A stretch of 64,000 nt of DNA from a virus (lineage: Duplodnaviria; Caudoviricetes), in the IMG/VR virus record IMGVR_UViG_3300020047_005740, positions 777 through 64,776 of that record. One strand, 5' to 3'. The notes beneath the pieces were generated by a model. The model saw only the letters and a list, made by a program, of their open reading frames with translations, had not been told where the DNA came from and ran no database searches. The position numbers and the translations under genes were made by a program. Numbering within the stretch: the stretch's first letter is position 1; the number at the start of each line of letters is the position of its first letter. Positions 1 through 8,674 of the stretch are shown piece by piece.

Positions 1-1
1 C

Positions 2-139
2 TATAACGGAAAGACTCAGATACTTTCTGATTGGGCAAAAGAGCTTAATATGTCAGAAGGAATGATTCGACAAAGAATTAGAAAATTAGGGTGGTCCACA
101 GAAAAAGCCTTGACCACTCCAAAAATAGGAGACAGATGA
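2..139 (+). CDS. 3' end of putative HNH endonuclease (truncated by window edge)
   Basis: Own translation, not in ORF track: YNGKTQILSDWAKELNMSEGMIRQRIRKLGWSTEKALTTPKIGDR*, which resembles the C-terminal DNA-binding module of phage HNH endonucleases. Stop overlaps next ATG (ATGA). Confidence 0.65.
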   Translation, partial: YNGKTQILSDWAKELNMSEGMIRQRIRKLGWSTEKALTTPKIGDR

Positions 140-846
140 ACGACATAGGAGTGACTCTAATAACCACGACCGGATGGCGACCAAAAGCATTTGAACTATG
201 TGAGAAGTTCATCGCACGTCAAACGTATAAAGGTCCACTACAATGGATCGTAGTATCTGATGACGATCCTAAAACTCCTACAAAGATGAACATGGGTCAG
301 GAGTATTATGAAGGACCGAAGATATGGAAGCCAGGATACAATACACAAAAAAGATCTTTGGATTTGGCGTTAACTAAAGTTAAGTATCTGTATTCATTCA
401 TAATTGAGGACGACGACTGGGTGCATCCTGATTACATCCAGACCTATTTGGATTTTTTAAAACATGCACCACTGGTAGGAGAGTGTGACACTACATACTA
501 TTCTCTTAAGGTAAAAGGTTTTAAAACTATGGGTAACTTTTCACACGCGAGTTTGTGTCAGACTGCGTTTAGGAAAGAATACCTGCCGTGGGTAGACAGG
601 GCGACCAACTCTTCAAACACATACGTAGACTTAGAGCTTTGGGGCAACGCTAAAATATACGACCATAAACGTATTCTTTTCAGCGGTATTCGATTGGCAT
701 ATGGAATTAAAGGTTTACCAGGCAGGGGTGGGATCGGATTCGGTCACACGAACACTCATGAGTTCACACCTGATTCTAACTTCGTAAAGCTCAAGCAGTT
801 GGTGGGTGAAGAAGACGCTAAATTGTATATTAACATGGTGAAATAA
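136..846 (+). CDS. Glycosyltransferase, GT-A fold (GT2-like)
   Basis: N-terminal VTLITTTGWRP...WIVVSDDD and FIIEDDDW (DxD-type motif). Start moved to ATG 136 because of an AGGAGA RBS. Confidence 0.75.
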   Translation: MNDIGVTLITTTGWRPKAFELCEKFIARQTYKGPLQWIVVSDDDPKTPTKMNMGQEYYEGPKIWKPGYNTQKRSLDLALTKVKYLYSFIIEDDDWVHPDYIQTYLDFLKHAPLVGECDTTYYSLKVKGFKTMGNFSHASLCQTAFRKEYLPWVDRATNSSNTYVDLELWGNAKIYDHKRILFSGIRLAYGIKGLPGRGGIGFGHTNTHEFTPDSNFVKLKQLVGEEDAKLYINMVK

Positions 847-1100
847 TGGACGAGACTATAGACATTCCTAATGATGTAGTGAGTATCGATACGGTGAAGG
901 CATTCATCGCTGAAGCGAACGACGGGATAGAGAAGTTTAGAGTTGCGGTACGATTCTTGAATAACGCTGGTTACTCGTTCGTAGCCCAGAAAGATGGTAC
1001 AAATTATGTATACAGAGATGTAACTGAAGAGAAGGATGGATACACCCAGACTACTCGTATCGCTTTTGGTAAGCCGTATGACTCTAACAAAGAAAGGTAA
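846..1100 (+). CDS. Hypothetical protein
   Basis: 84-aa ORF translationally coupled (TAATG) to the upstream gene. Confidence 0.6.
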   Translation: MDETIDIPNDVVSIDTVKAFIAEANDGIEKFRVAVRFLNNAGYSFVAQKDGTNYVYRDVTEEKDGYTQTTRIAFGKPYDSNKER

Positions 1101-1221
1101 AAAGATTCTCCAAAACATGTACAAGACGTACAAGACAAAGGAGAAGTCTGAGCAGGTCTTCTATGACATGATTAGAGAGGGGAAGATAACAGGTGCCGAA
1201 CGCAAGAAGCGTAGAAAATAA
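1078..1221 (+). CDS. Small basic phage protein
   Basis: MTLTKKGKKILQNMYKTYKTKEKSEQVFYDMIREGKITGAE resembles a recurrent small basic phage family (LTKKGKKI...EQVFY...G.I.G.E). Function unknown. Confidence 0.55.
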   Translation: MTLTKKGKKILQNMYKTYKTKEKSEQVFYDMIREGKITGAERKKRRK

Positions 1222-1828
1222 CGCGTTTCATCAGGAGGAATTCCCTGATATAATGCGTTCGGTGGCAAAAATCGAGCGCACACACAGACGCATCGACCTA
1301 TCCCGTGAGCAGATACACGGTGAGACCTTTCACCCTAGAAATCAGAAGCTAATAGACGGTGGCATTAAGTACGGCTCTTTCTCTGAGCTTGTCGTGTCTC
1401 GTATGCTCCAGAAGTATCTTGCCTGGGAGCCTGTTGAAGGTAAGACCTATCAGGTACCTATCGGCTACAACAAGCATGTAGACTTCTACATTCCTACAAG
1501 GGAGTGGTTAATCGAATACCATCCAATAGTATTACGCTACGAGATTCAGCATCGAGGCGCTGCAGCATCTATTCAGGATATCCTGCGTCAGGTTCCTGTA
1601 CACGTTGCTAACAAGCTTGAGGATGCGCTCTCTGCAGAACTCCGGCTTCAGTATTTCAAGAAGCGACGGTTCGCTCTCGATTACGGGGATGGTAGGTACA
1701 CCAAGACAGAGCTGATGGTCCTCTGTTCAGGTGAAGAATTTGTAGAACGTGTTCTAGTCACCAACGGTGTGAAGCGGTCAGTCGCACTGTCAGAGTGGAA
1801 AAGGTTGATGAACAGTAAAAGGATATGA
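1193..1828 (+). CDS. Putative PD-(D/E)XK-fold nuclease
   Basis: YGSFSE helix followed by VDFYIP...LIEYH, a restriction-endonuclease-like motif arrangement. Confidence 0.45.
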   Translation: MPNARSVENNAFHQEEFPDIMRSVAKIERTHRRIDLSREQIHGETFHPRNQKLIDGGIKYGSFSELVVSRMLQKYLAWEPVEGKTYQVPIGYNKHVDFYIPTREWLIEYHPIVLRYEIQHRGAAASIQDILRQVPVHVANKLEDALSAELRLQYFKKRRFALDYGDGRYTKTELMVLCSGEEFVERVLVTNGVKRSVALSEWKRLMNSKRI

Positions 1829-2349
1829 CGCCATGGTTTATAGGCATAGACCCAGGGGCTAAGGGAGCTGTAGCTGTTATACATCCTAGAGGTCACCTCG
1901 TTACCTACGCCCTTGATAGGCAGGATGAGTCGTGCCGAGATGTGAACATATATCTGAGAAGTCTCGACGGCAAAGTGTATGCAGCTATCGAAGATCTACA
2001 TGCAATATTTGGCGCTGGTGCATCATCAACATTCGCATTTGGTTGGGCCTGTGGGTATTGGCATGGTGTGCTTGATTCCCTGCATATACCAATCACACTG
2101 GTAAAGCCCATGACCTGGCAGGCAGAGATAACAAAACCGCCTTTGAAGCAGTACATTCCTCGGTCGTTGCCGAAAAAGGAAGCGGCAAAGATGCGGAGTG
2201 ATCATAAGAAAGCATTGAAAGCAGAAAGCATGAGGACAGCAAACGAACTATTCCCTGGTAACAACATCACACATGACGGGGTGGCCGATGCTGTATGTAT
2301 TGCAGCTTGGCGTCGTTATAGGTATCTATTAGAAAACCCATCACAGTGA
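1825..2349 (+). CDS. ruvC: RuvC-like Holliday junction resolvase
   Basis: IGIDPG, IED, STFAFG, PMTWQ and DGVADA catalytic motifs typical of phage RuvC-like proteins. Confidence 0.85.
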   Translation: MTPWFIGIDPGAKGAVAVIHPRGHLVTYALDRQDESCRDVNIYLRSLDGKVYAAIEDLHAIFGAGASSTFAFGWACGYWHGVLDSLHIPITLVKPMTWQAEITKPPLKQYIPRSLPKKEAAKMRSDHKKALKAESMRTANELFPGNNITHDGVADAVCIAAWRRYRYLLENPSQ

Positions 2350-2370
2350 TGGGTATGTATGGAGTGTAAA

Positions 2371-2436
2371 ATGAAAGCGGCACCTAAGAAGATGAAGAAA
2401 AAGAAAGCAGCGGCTAAGAAGAAAAAGAGCTGTTAG
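2371..2436 (+). CDS. Lysine-rich micropeptide (21 aa)
   Basis: MKAAPKKMKKKKAAAKKKKSC*, GGAG RBS at 2361-2364, hairpin directly downstream. Not in ORF track. Confidence 0.5.
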   Translation: MKAAPKKMKKKKAAAKKKKSC

Positions 2437-2444
2437 TATTTAGA

Positions 2445-2464
2445 GGCGGTAGGCAACTACCGCC
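2445..2464. terminator. GC-rich hairpin, possible terminator or processing site
   Basis: GGCGGTAG-GCAA-CTACCGCC: perfect 8-bp stem with GNRA loop; no clear U-tract. Confidence 0.5.
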
Positions 2465-2472
2465 AATACATA

Positions 2473-2769
2473 ATGCGGAAACGGGAAGTGACATACAATC
2501 AGGACCAGGAGACAAGGGAGGCGAGCAATCCCTTACACGTACTGCTCGCTGCAACATTAGAAAGAGCTGTGAGGGATTTAACACACAGACATAGCGACAT
2601 ACGGAGGTCTACCGTATGGTGGTTTCTCCAGTGGAGGAATACCCCCGTTGATGAAACTGGTATATCATTCAAAGACATTGTTGACGTGCTTAATCTGGAA
2701 GATTTCCAGGTTCAGGCTTTAATGGTAAGAGTACGACATGCTGATTCTAAAACGGAAACCGAGCAGTAA
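2473..2769 (+). CDS. Hypothetical protein, possible regulator
   Basis: 98-aa ORF with LLAATLERAVRDL...WF...ISFKDIVDVLNL pattern. Confidence 0.55.
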   Translation: MRKREVTYNQDQETREASNPLHVLLAATLERAVRDLTHRHSDIRRSTVWWFLQWRNTPVDETGISFKDIVDVLNLEDFQVQALMVRVRHADSKTETEQ

Positions 2770-3127
2770 CGACGTTACTATCGGGGAGATATTCTACAAC
2801 GATACATTCATCTGTGCGACCTTCGAGCTACCCTGGCTTGATAACAAGGTAGAGGAGTCCTGTATACCCGTAGGCACGTATACACTTAAGCGTGTCCTAT
2901 CGAATCGTCTGCGACGCCAGGTATACACATTGACCAACGTACCTGGCAGGTCATCCATTCATATACACCCAGCGAATAAACTGGATGAGATTAAGGGATG
3001 CATTGCACCATTCATGGTGGCTGATAGGGTCAATGGAAAGTTCTTCGGTAAGCACAGTGGCAAAGCCTTAACTGTCCTTGAGCGTGTCATACGGGATAAC
3101 AAGATAGGTAGTATTACTATTCAGTAA
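2738..3127 (+). CDS. DUF5675-like protein (L,D-transpeptidase-like fold, candidate cell-wall enzyme)
   Basis: TIGE...ELPW...SCIPVGTY...VPGRSSIHIHPAN...GCI motifs. Confidence 0.75.
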   Translation: MLILKRKPSSNDVTIGEIFYNDTFICATFELPWLDNKVEESCIPVGTYTLKRVLSNRLRRQVYTLTNVPGRSSIHIHPANKLDEIKGCIAPFMVADRVNGKFFGKHSGKALTVLERVIRDNKIGSITIQ

Positions 3128-6100
3128 CAATTTTCGCAGCGTGTTTTGCCAGTATCTTATTCCAGTCTGTATTTAGTTGCTCCTGTACACGGTCGCTGTA
3201 CGCACTGTACGAGTACGCCTGTCTATACCTACCTACAAGGTCACGTAGCTCAGGAGATGCTGCCTGGTACACCTTACGTTTGAATTGATAATCGAGTGCT
3301 TTAGCACCTGCCTCATCTCCCTTAGCAGCATACGCCTGTATCTTATCAGAGAAGCGAAGATTGCTAAGTATAGGTGTGGTGTACCCGTTATCTGATAACC
3401 ACCTCATATCAACGTCACCACCACGAGTAGAGAAAAGACGGTGCATACTATACACCTCTTCATGTCTCTTCTTCATAGGTTCACCAAAGATATTGAGTGC
3501 AGGCTCTCCACCCATACTCTGCAGTCCTGGTATACCCTCTACGATTGCAGACATTATGTCTTTCTTAGCGTCAACTGGATTATCTGTATAGCGGGATATC
3601 GTTCTCCAGATAGTAGCTCCTGGTATAAACCCCTTAAAGGTGTTGAGAAGTGTTCTTGCTACACGTATATCTGCATCAGGTTCACCTTTCGCAGCGTCTG
3701 AGAAAGCACCCATCAGCTCTGATACACCACGTAACATGCTTAGGCTACCGAGTCCTTTTATGTTGTTCATGAGCATGACGCTACCTGCATACATCATCTC
3801 CGTAGCTGTCTCAGGTGACGGTTCTTTACCGTCTCGGACCCTATCTAATACAGACGCAACTCCTCCAAGCATGAGTACGAAAGGCGTCTCACCGAATGGG
3901 ATATATACGTTGCCTATTTTCACAGAGTATAGAAGACCACCATTTCCTGTGAACACATCTCGCTTTTTCTTATCTGAACTATAGTTCCCTACGATGTCGA
4001 ATAGTCGCTCATCTTCCGGCACTTCTAATTGCTTAAGACCCGCTATAGCCAGCGCAGCCATGGCAGTTGTAGATGTGATAGACGCACCAATCATTGTCAT
4101 GCGCTCGAAATCAGTACGATTGGTAAAGTCCTTACCCATAGTAGCGCCTACAAAGGCGAAGGGCGTCATATCCACAGCCCGTCCCATGAGCTGTGCGATG
4201 CTGTTGGTGAACGGTACGAGATACTTGAGTTTGTTTAACCCTGGAATGCCTTCCATGGATTTGAGATTCGTCTCTATAGCGTGTGATATATAACCGATGT
4301 ACCCAGGAGCAGGTGCGTTCAGACCTACACTGTTCGCCTTCTTCCACGCAGATATCTCGACCTGCTTAGGTCTATACGTAAGGTATCGTTCTATGGACGA
4401 CAGATGCTGCTGCTTTGGTGTCATTGGTATACCTGCAGATTTTAGCTGCTTTGCTTTGTAGGCTGTCTCTGCCTGTGCTCGTGCCCAATTCTTTTTAGGA
4501 GAATACATGTACTCTGCAAGCTCTGCGTCAGATACACCTTCGTCTACTGCTTTATTATAGTAATAAGCTGCAGAGGCTCGGTCATAACTACTGTCGTGAA
4601 CAGCACTCATCTGAGCTTCGAGAGCAGTCATTACACGCAGGAAAGTTCCAGACATTATTCCTGATGCTTTGAATACGGCAGTGAGTAGGTTGTCTCCTAT
4701 TGACCCGTCAAACTTCATGTCCTTAGTAGCTTTTACCCAATCACCGATTACCTGGGAGTATTCTATTGTAGCTGACGCGTTTAGTAATTCCCGTCCTGCT
4801 GCCACTTCTTTTGGTGTTAAGGTTGCTCTTACACGCTCCCCTGTAGTGAGAGCAATCATTGCAGCCTTGTACCCACGCTTCCACGCAGTAGAGTTGAACA
4901 ATCCTTTATAGTACTCCATTAGAGGAGTCTTATATTTTAATTCTCCTGCACGTACGTTCTTGTAAAATATACGGAGCGCGTCTGGTGACATTCCGAACGT
5001 AGCTACAACAGGCTCTAACGCTCCAGACAGGTTTCCTATAGCAATACCTATAGGAGCACCTATGAGATTGGATGTCCACATGCGAGCAAAGTCACTTCGT
5101 TTAACAGGATCTTTTTCGTCTGTGCCTTTACGTGCAAGCAGTTCGGCTTCAACAGTTGCTCTTTCCGTATTTGATAGGTTTGTATCTTCGAGCATCTTTT
5201 CAAGCTCGATGATACGTAACTGATTAGCAGACTCATTGCGAACAGCTTCTGCCTGCTTCTGTTCAGCAAGGCGCTTTTTCTCTAACAGGCGTTCAGCTTT
5301 CCTACGTGCAGCCTCTAGTCTAGCCAGCTCTTTCTTCGCAGCCTTACTCTCTTCTGATTCTACTTTTGGTCCTTTCTTAATCTCGTCTAACTTGTTTTTA
5401 TACTTCTTATACGTTTCAAGTTTACCTCGTGGAATACGACTCTCAGGTGTAGCACCTATCTTTTCTTTTAAGAGTTCTTCAAGTCTCTTTGTAGCCGCGT
5501 CAACTTTCTTTCTCTCTGCGGCAGTGAGTGGGTCTGCCTCACGAGACTTGGCAAGTAGTTCTTTATTTGCTTTGATTCTGTCCTGCAACTCTTTTATCTG
5601 AGCGTTGGTTGTATCTTTAGCGTCCTTACCCTGACTAAAAATGTTTGATAGGTCATTAACTCCTTTAGCAAGAGCAGATAGTGAACCGAACGCCTGACTC
5701 TTCTTACTAAACAATTTGTTTACATTGAGCCCTGATTTCTTGGTCTTAATCTGGATACTACGTCTACCACCTTTGACAGGCGTTATCTGTACCTCTATCC
5801 CTGATTCAAGCTCATCGAGCATATCCTCAGTTTCTATATTCTCCAGAGCATCCAATGCCAGTTGCTCTTCTACCTTGCGTAGATTCTCCTGTGCATCTGC
5901 TATACGCTGCTGAGCGGCGTTCTCAGCGCGAGTGAGTTTATCTATCTCAGCGTCTATCTTTGCGCGTATTGCTGATGGGTCTGCGTTCTTTTCAATAGCC
6001 TTGCTTTCAAGCTCATAGAGCTTACTGAGTTTAACATCCATCTTCTGTTGTAGTGTGTCCAAGGCAGCCTCTGCCTTTGTGACCTTATCAACAGCTACAT

Positions 6101-8672
6101 CATATGTAGACCGACGTATTGTTTCTCTTGTAGCGCGTTCCTCCTTAGCAGCAGCAATTACTTCTGAGTTTGCTTTAGACTCTGCCGTCTTAATAAGTGA
6201 GTCTACTTCCTTACCGATTTTAGCTGATTCTTCTGCGGTAATGTTCTTGATATCCTTAGCAGATTCAATCACGTTTATAAGTGTCTCAGAATCACTTGCG
6301 ACTGCTTGCTCAACCTTACTAATGGCCTTTCTCTTTGACCTTTCTGCTTTCTTCTTAATCGTCGCTACTTCCTGCTCAAGTATAGCTTTTTCATTCTCCA
6401 GTATAGTGAGGTCATCTATGAGTTTTTCACGTGCAGCGTTTTCGATATCTGCTACAACGGTATAGATTGCTTTTTCTTCTGGTGTACCAGCGACCTCAGC
6501 CTGACTTATCTTACGCTCTATTTTCTCTATGTCAGATGTGAGCTGCTCAATATTTTCAGGGCTATTAGCAATCTCTAGGGGATCTACACCTTCTTCTTTA
6601 CCTGCGGTTATAAGAGCGTCTTTATATGCAAGGTCTCCTGCTCGTACAGGCTTAGTAAGTACATCGATGTCTATCTTACCCTTGTTAAACGCGAGTGTAC
6701 GTCCACCACTTGTACCGATGTCTGAGATTAACTGTGCGCGTGACCTATACTCAGCTTCAATCGCAGCCGCTAATTTTGTGTCTCCCTCTGCAGCAGCCTT
6801 AAGTCCTGCAGTGGTGTACATATTATGAAGCTGCACCCTCATACGAGCTTTAAGCTCTGGAGCAGTGTCTGGCTTAGACATTATCTCTACGAGCTTATCC
6901 ACTCCGTTACGAAGTACGATTGGAATGACTACCTCTGTATCCACATCGCTGGATTTTTGTGGTCTATAGAATAGACCCTCATCTCCAACCTTACGCATGA
7001 ATCCGACAGACGATGATGTACGTATCTTACGACTGTACTCAGACTCTACTTCCTTAAGATTTTTTGCTGGTCCAGCAGCACCTACACTCTGTGAAGAAGA
7101 TACCTCACGTATCCTCCTACCAAGCTTGATAGGGAGTACTTTTGTGTCTGAATTAGGTGACCTTGGGTTTGATATGTTAAGTGGAAACGCCCCTACACTG
7201 GGTGTTCTACTTGGTTCTAACACCTCTACAGTTAGGTTCCCCTCTGTATCCATGTGCTGTATAGCAACACCCTGGTCAGTGTTTACGACGTTCTCACCAG
7301 ATGTAATTGCTGTCGCCACTTTCTTAGCGTCTTCTTCACTTAGGAAAAAGGTATAATCGAATGGTAACGTACCTGTCTCAATAAATTTACCAGGCTGTGT
7401 TTCTACGTAGGTAGTACCATCATCCGATTCAAACGCAGGTGTTACATTCTCTTCAACTATGGCTGGAGCACTTAGGTTTGCCACGTCATCGTTAACGAAT
7501 GTGTCTACGTTCTGGGGAATGTCTCCTACAACCTGTTTGGTAACAGGTGTTACAGGTTCTCCAGTCTCACGTATCTCTTCTGCTCGTGTGTCTGAGTTAT
7601 TCTTAGACGGGAAGTAGTGTGCGCCTGCAGTGGCTGCTCCACCTGCTACGGCTCCTAACGCCATGTTAAGACCTACACCACGCCAAACATCCTCTAATTC
7701 TGGCTGTGCTTTCTGTACGTTCTCAGCAATGTTACTAATAGCCTGTCCAGCACCTTCGGAAAAGCCCTCTATTCCAGCGGCTCTTACTACATCGTTTCCG
7801 ATAGTGCCTGTAGGTTTACCAAGCATGGTCGATGCCATCCGACCAAACACGAGCTTTTCTCCGACCGTCTGTAACGTCTGTGAAGCTGCTTCATATGCGG
7901 TGGCCTTGCTCGCTTTACCAGGGTCTCCAGTAAGACGCATTGTATCCTGATACCTATCTACTACCTGGTCTCCAGCTTGAGTGAGAGAGAAGCCAAGTAC
8001 TCCAGCACCCTTGGCTAATGCACCTGCTCCGACAAATCCTGCAACGTTACCAGCAGCTCCAGCGAGTTCATGTATAAATTTACCGTCTCTCTCTGGATTC
8101 GTAAGCTCTGTGAGGTGGTCGTTTAGTTCGTATCCATCGGTAAAAATGTTCACCGCGCTGTTAATGATAGGCTCTATACCTGCCGTAACTCCACGAAGAA
8201 ACCGAGCACCAGTATCCCTTATGTTTTCTCCAACACCACTGTCCTCTGTGTTGGCTTCTCGTCTCTTAGCAGAGGCATGAGTTTTTATGTCATTGAGAAA
8301 CTGTTGCTTTGCTACTACATACGTAGGCTCAAGAGACTTACTGTTAAGGTAGTCGTTATTGAGTTCTTCCCATTTAGTATATGCGTCCTGCACAGTCTCT
8401 ATACCAGGCATCGATGTGACATCTGACATCTTTACAGGCGCGAGCTTCTCTACATCTTCACCAAACGTAGACTGGTCTTGGTCGCGGAACTTAAGAGCCT
8501 GACCGTAGTACTCTAAGATTTGTTTTGCTTTCTTAGGGTCTGTCCAAGTGTAGGCGTTGTATGCTTCTAACAACGCAGAACGTCCTGAGTCTACATTTGA
8601 AGCGTTCTCGAACACTCCAAATGCCAGTCCCTCAAAGTAGTCACTGTCTATAAGTAACCGTTCATCACTCAT
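3117..8672 (-). CDS. Very large internal virion (ejection) protein, putative
   Basis: 1851 aa, Ala/Glu/Lys-rich central coiled coil; last gene of the morphogenesis operon, where podoviruses place their largest core protein. Confidence 0.65.
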   Translation of the reverse strand: MSDERLLIDSDYFEGLAFGVFENASNVDSGRSALLEAYNAYTWTDPKKAKQILEYYGQALKFRDQDQSTFGEDVEKLAPVKMSDVTSMPGIETVQDAYTKWEELNNDYLNSKSLEPTYVVAKQQFLNDIKTHASAKRREANTEDSGVGENIRDTGARFLRGVTAGIEPIINSAVNIFTDGYELNDHLTELTNPERDGKFIHELAGAAGNVAGFVGAGALAKGAGVLGFSLTQAGDQVVDRYQDTMRLTGDPGKASKATAYEAASQTLQTVGEKLVFGRMASTMLGKPTGTIGNDVVRAAGIEGFSEGAGQAISNIAENVQKAQPELEDVWRGVGLNMALGAVAGGAATAGAHYFPSKNNSDTRAEEIRETGEPVTPVTKQVVGDIPQNVDTFVNDDVANLSAPAIVEENVTPAFESDDGTTYVETQPGKFIETGTLPFDYTFFLSEEDAKKVATAITSGENVVNTDQGVAIQHMDTEGNLTVEVLEPSRTPSVGAFPLNISNPRSPNSDTKVLPIKLGRRIREVSSSQSVGAAGPAKNLKEVESEYSRKIRTSSSVGFMRKVGDEGLFYRPQKSSDVDTEVVIPIVLRNGVDKLVEIMSKPDTAPELKARMRVQLHNMYTTAGLKAAAEGDTKLAAAIEAEYRSRAQLISDIGTSGGRTLAFNKGKIDIDVLTKPVRAGDLAYKDALITAGKEEGVDPLEIANSPENIEQLTSDIEKIERKISQAEVAGTPEEKAIYTVVADIENAAREKLIDDLTILENEKAILEQEVATIKKKAERSKRKAISKVEQAVASDSETLINVIESAKDIKNITAEESAKIGKEVDSLIKTAESKANSEVIAAAKEERATRETIRRSTYDVAVDKVTKAEAALDTLQQKMDVKLSKLYELESKAIEKNADPSAIRAKIDAEIDKLTRAENAAQQRIADAQENLRKVEEQLALDALENIETEDMLDELESGIEVQITPVKGGRRSIQIKTKKSGLNVNKLFSKKSQAFGSLSALAKGVNDLSNIFSQGKDAKDTTNAQIKELQDRIKANKELLAKSREADPLTAAERKKVDAATKRLEELLKEKIGATPESRIPRGKLETYKKYKNKLDEIKKGPKVESEESKAAKKELARLEAARRKAERLLEKKRLAEQKQAEAVRNESANQLRIIELEKMLEDTNLSNTERATVEAELLARKGTDEKDPVKRSDFARMWTSNLIGAPIGIAIGNLSGALEPVVATFGMSPDALRIFYKNVRAGELKYKTPLMEYYKGLFNSTAWKRGYKAAMIALTTGERVRATLTPKEVAAGRELLNASATIEYSQVIGDWVKATKDMKFDGSIGDNLLTAVFKASGIMSGTFLRVMTALEAQMSAVHDSSYDRASAAYYYNKAVDEGVSDAELAEYMYSPKKNWARAQAETAYKAKQLKSAGIPMTPKQQHLSSIERYLTYRPKQVEISAWKKANSVGLNAPAPGYIGYISHAIETNLKSMEGIPGLNKLKYLVPFTNSIAQLMGRAVDMTPFAFVGATMGKDFTNRTDFERMTMIGASITSTTAMAALAIAGLKQLEVPEDERLFDIVGNYSSDKKKRDVFTGNGGLLYSVKIGNVYIPFGETPFVLMLGGVASVLDRVRDGKEPSPETATEMMYAGSVMLMNNIKGLGSLSMLRGVSELMGAFSDAAKGEPDADIRVARTLLNTFKGFIPGATIWRTISRYTDNPVDAKKDIMSAIVEGIPGLQSMGGEPALNIFGEPMKKRHEEVYSMHRLFSTRGGDVDMRWLSDNGYTTPILSNLRFSDKIQAYAAKGDEAGAKALDYQFKRKVYQAASPELRDLVGRYRQAYSYSAYSDRVQEQLNTDWNKILAKHAAKIVTE

Positions 8673-8674
8673 TA

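Noticed and set aside
1119-1136. GTACAAGAC x2 sharing the origin iteron core
   Set aside because: Lies within coding sequence (YKTYKT) and is explained by the peptide repeat.
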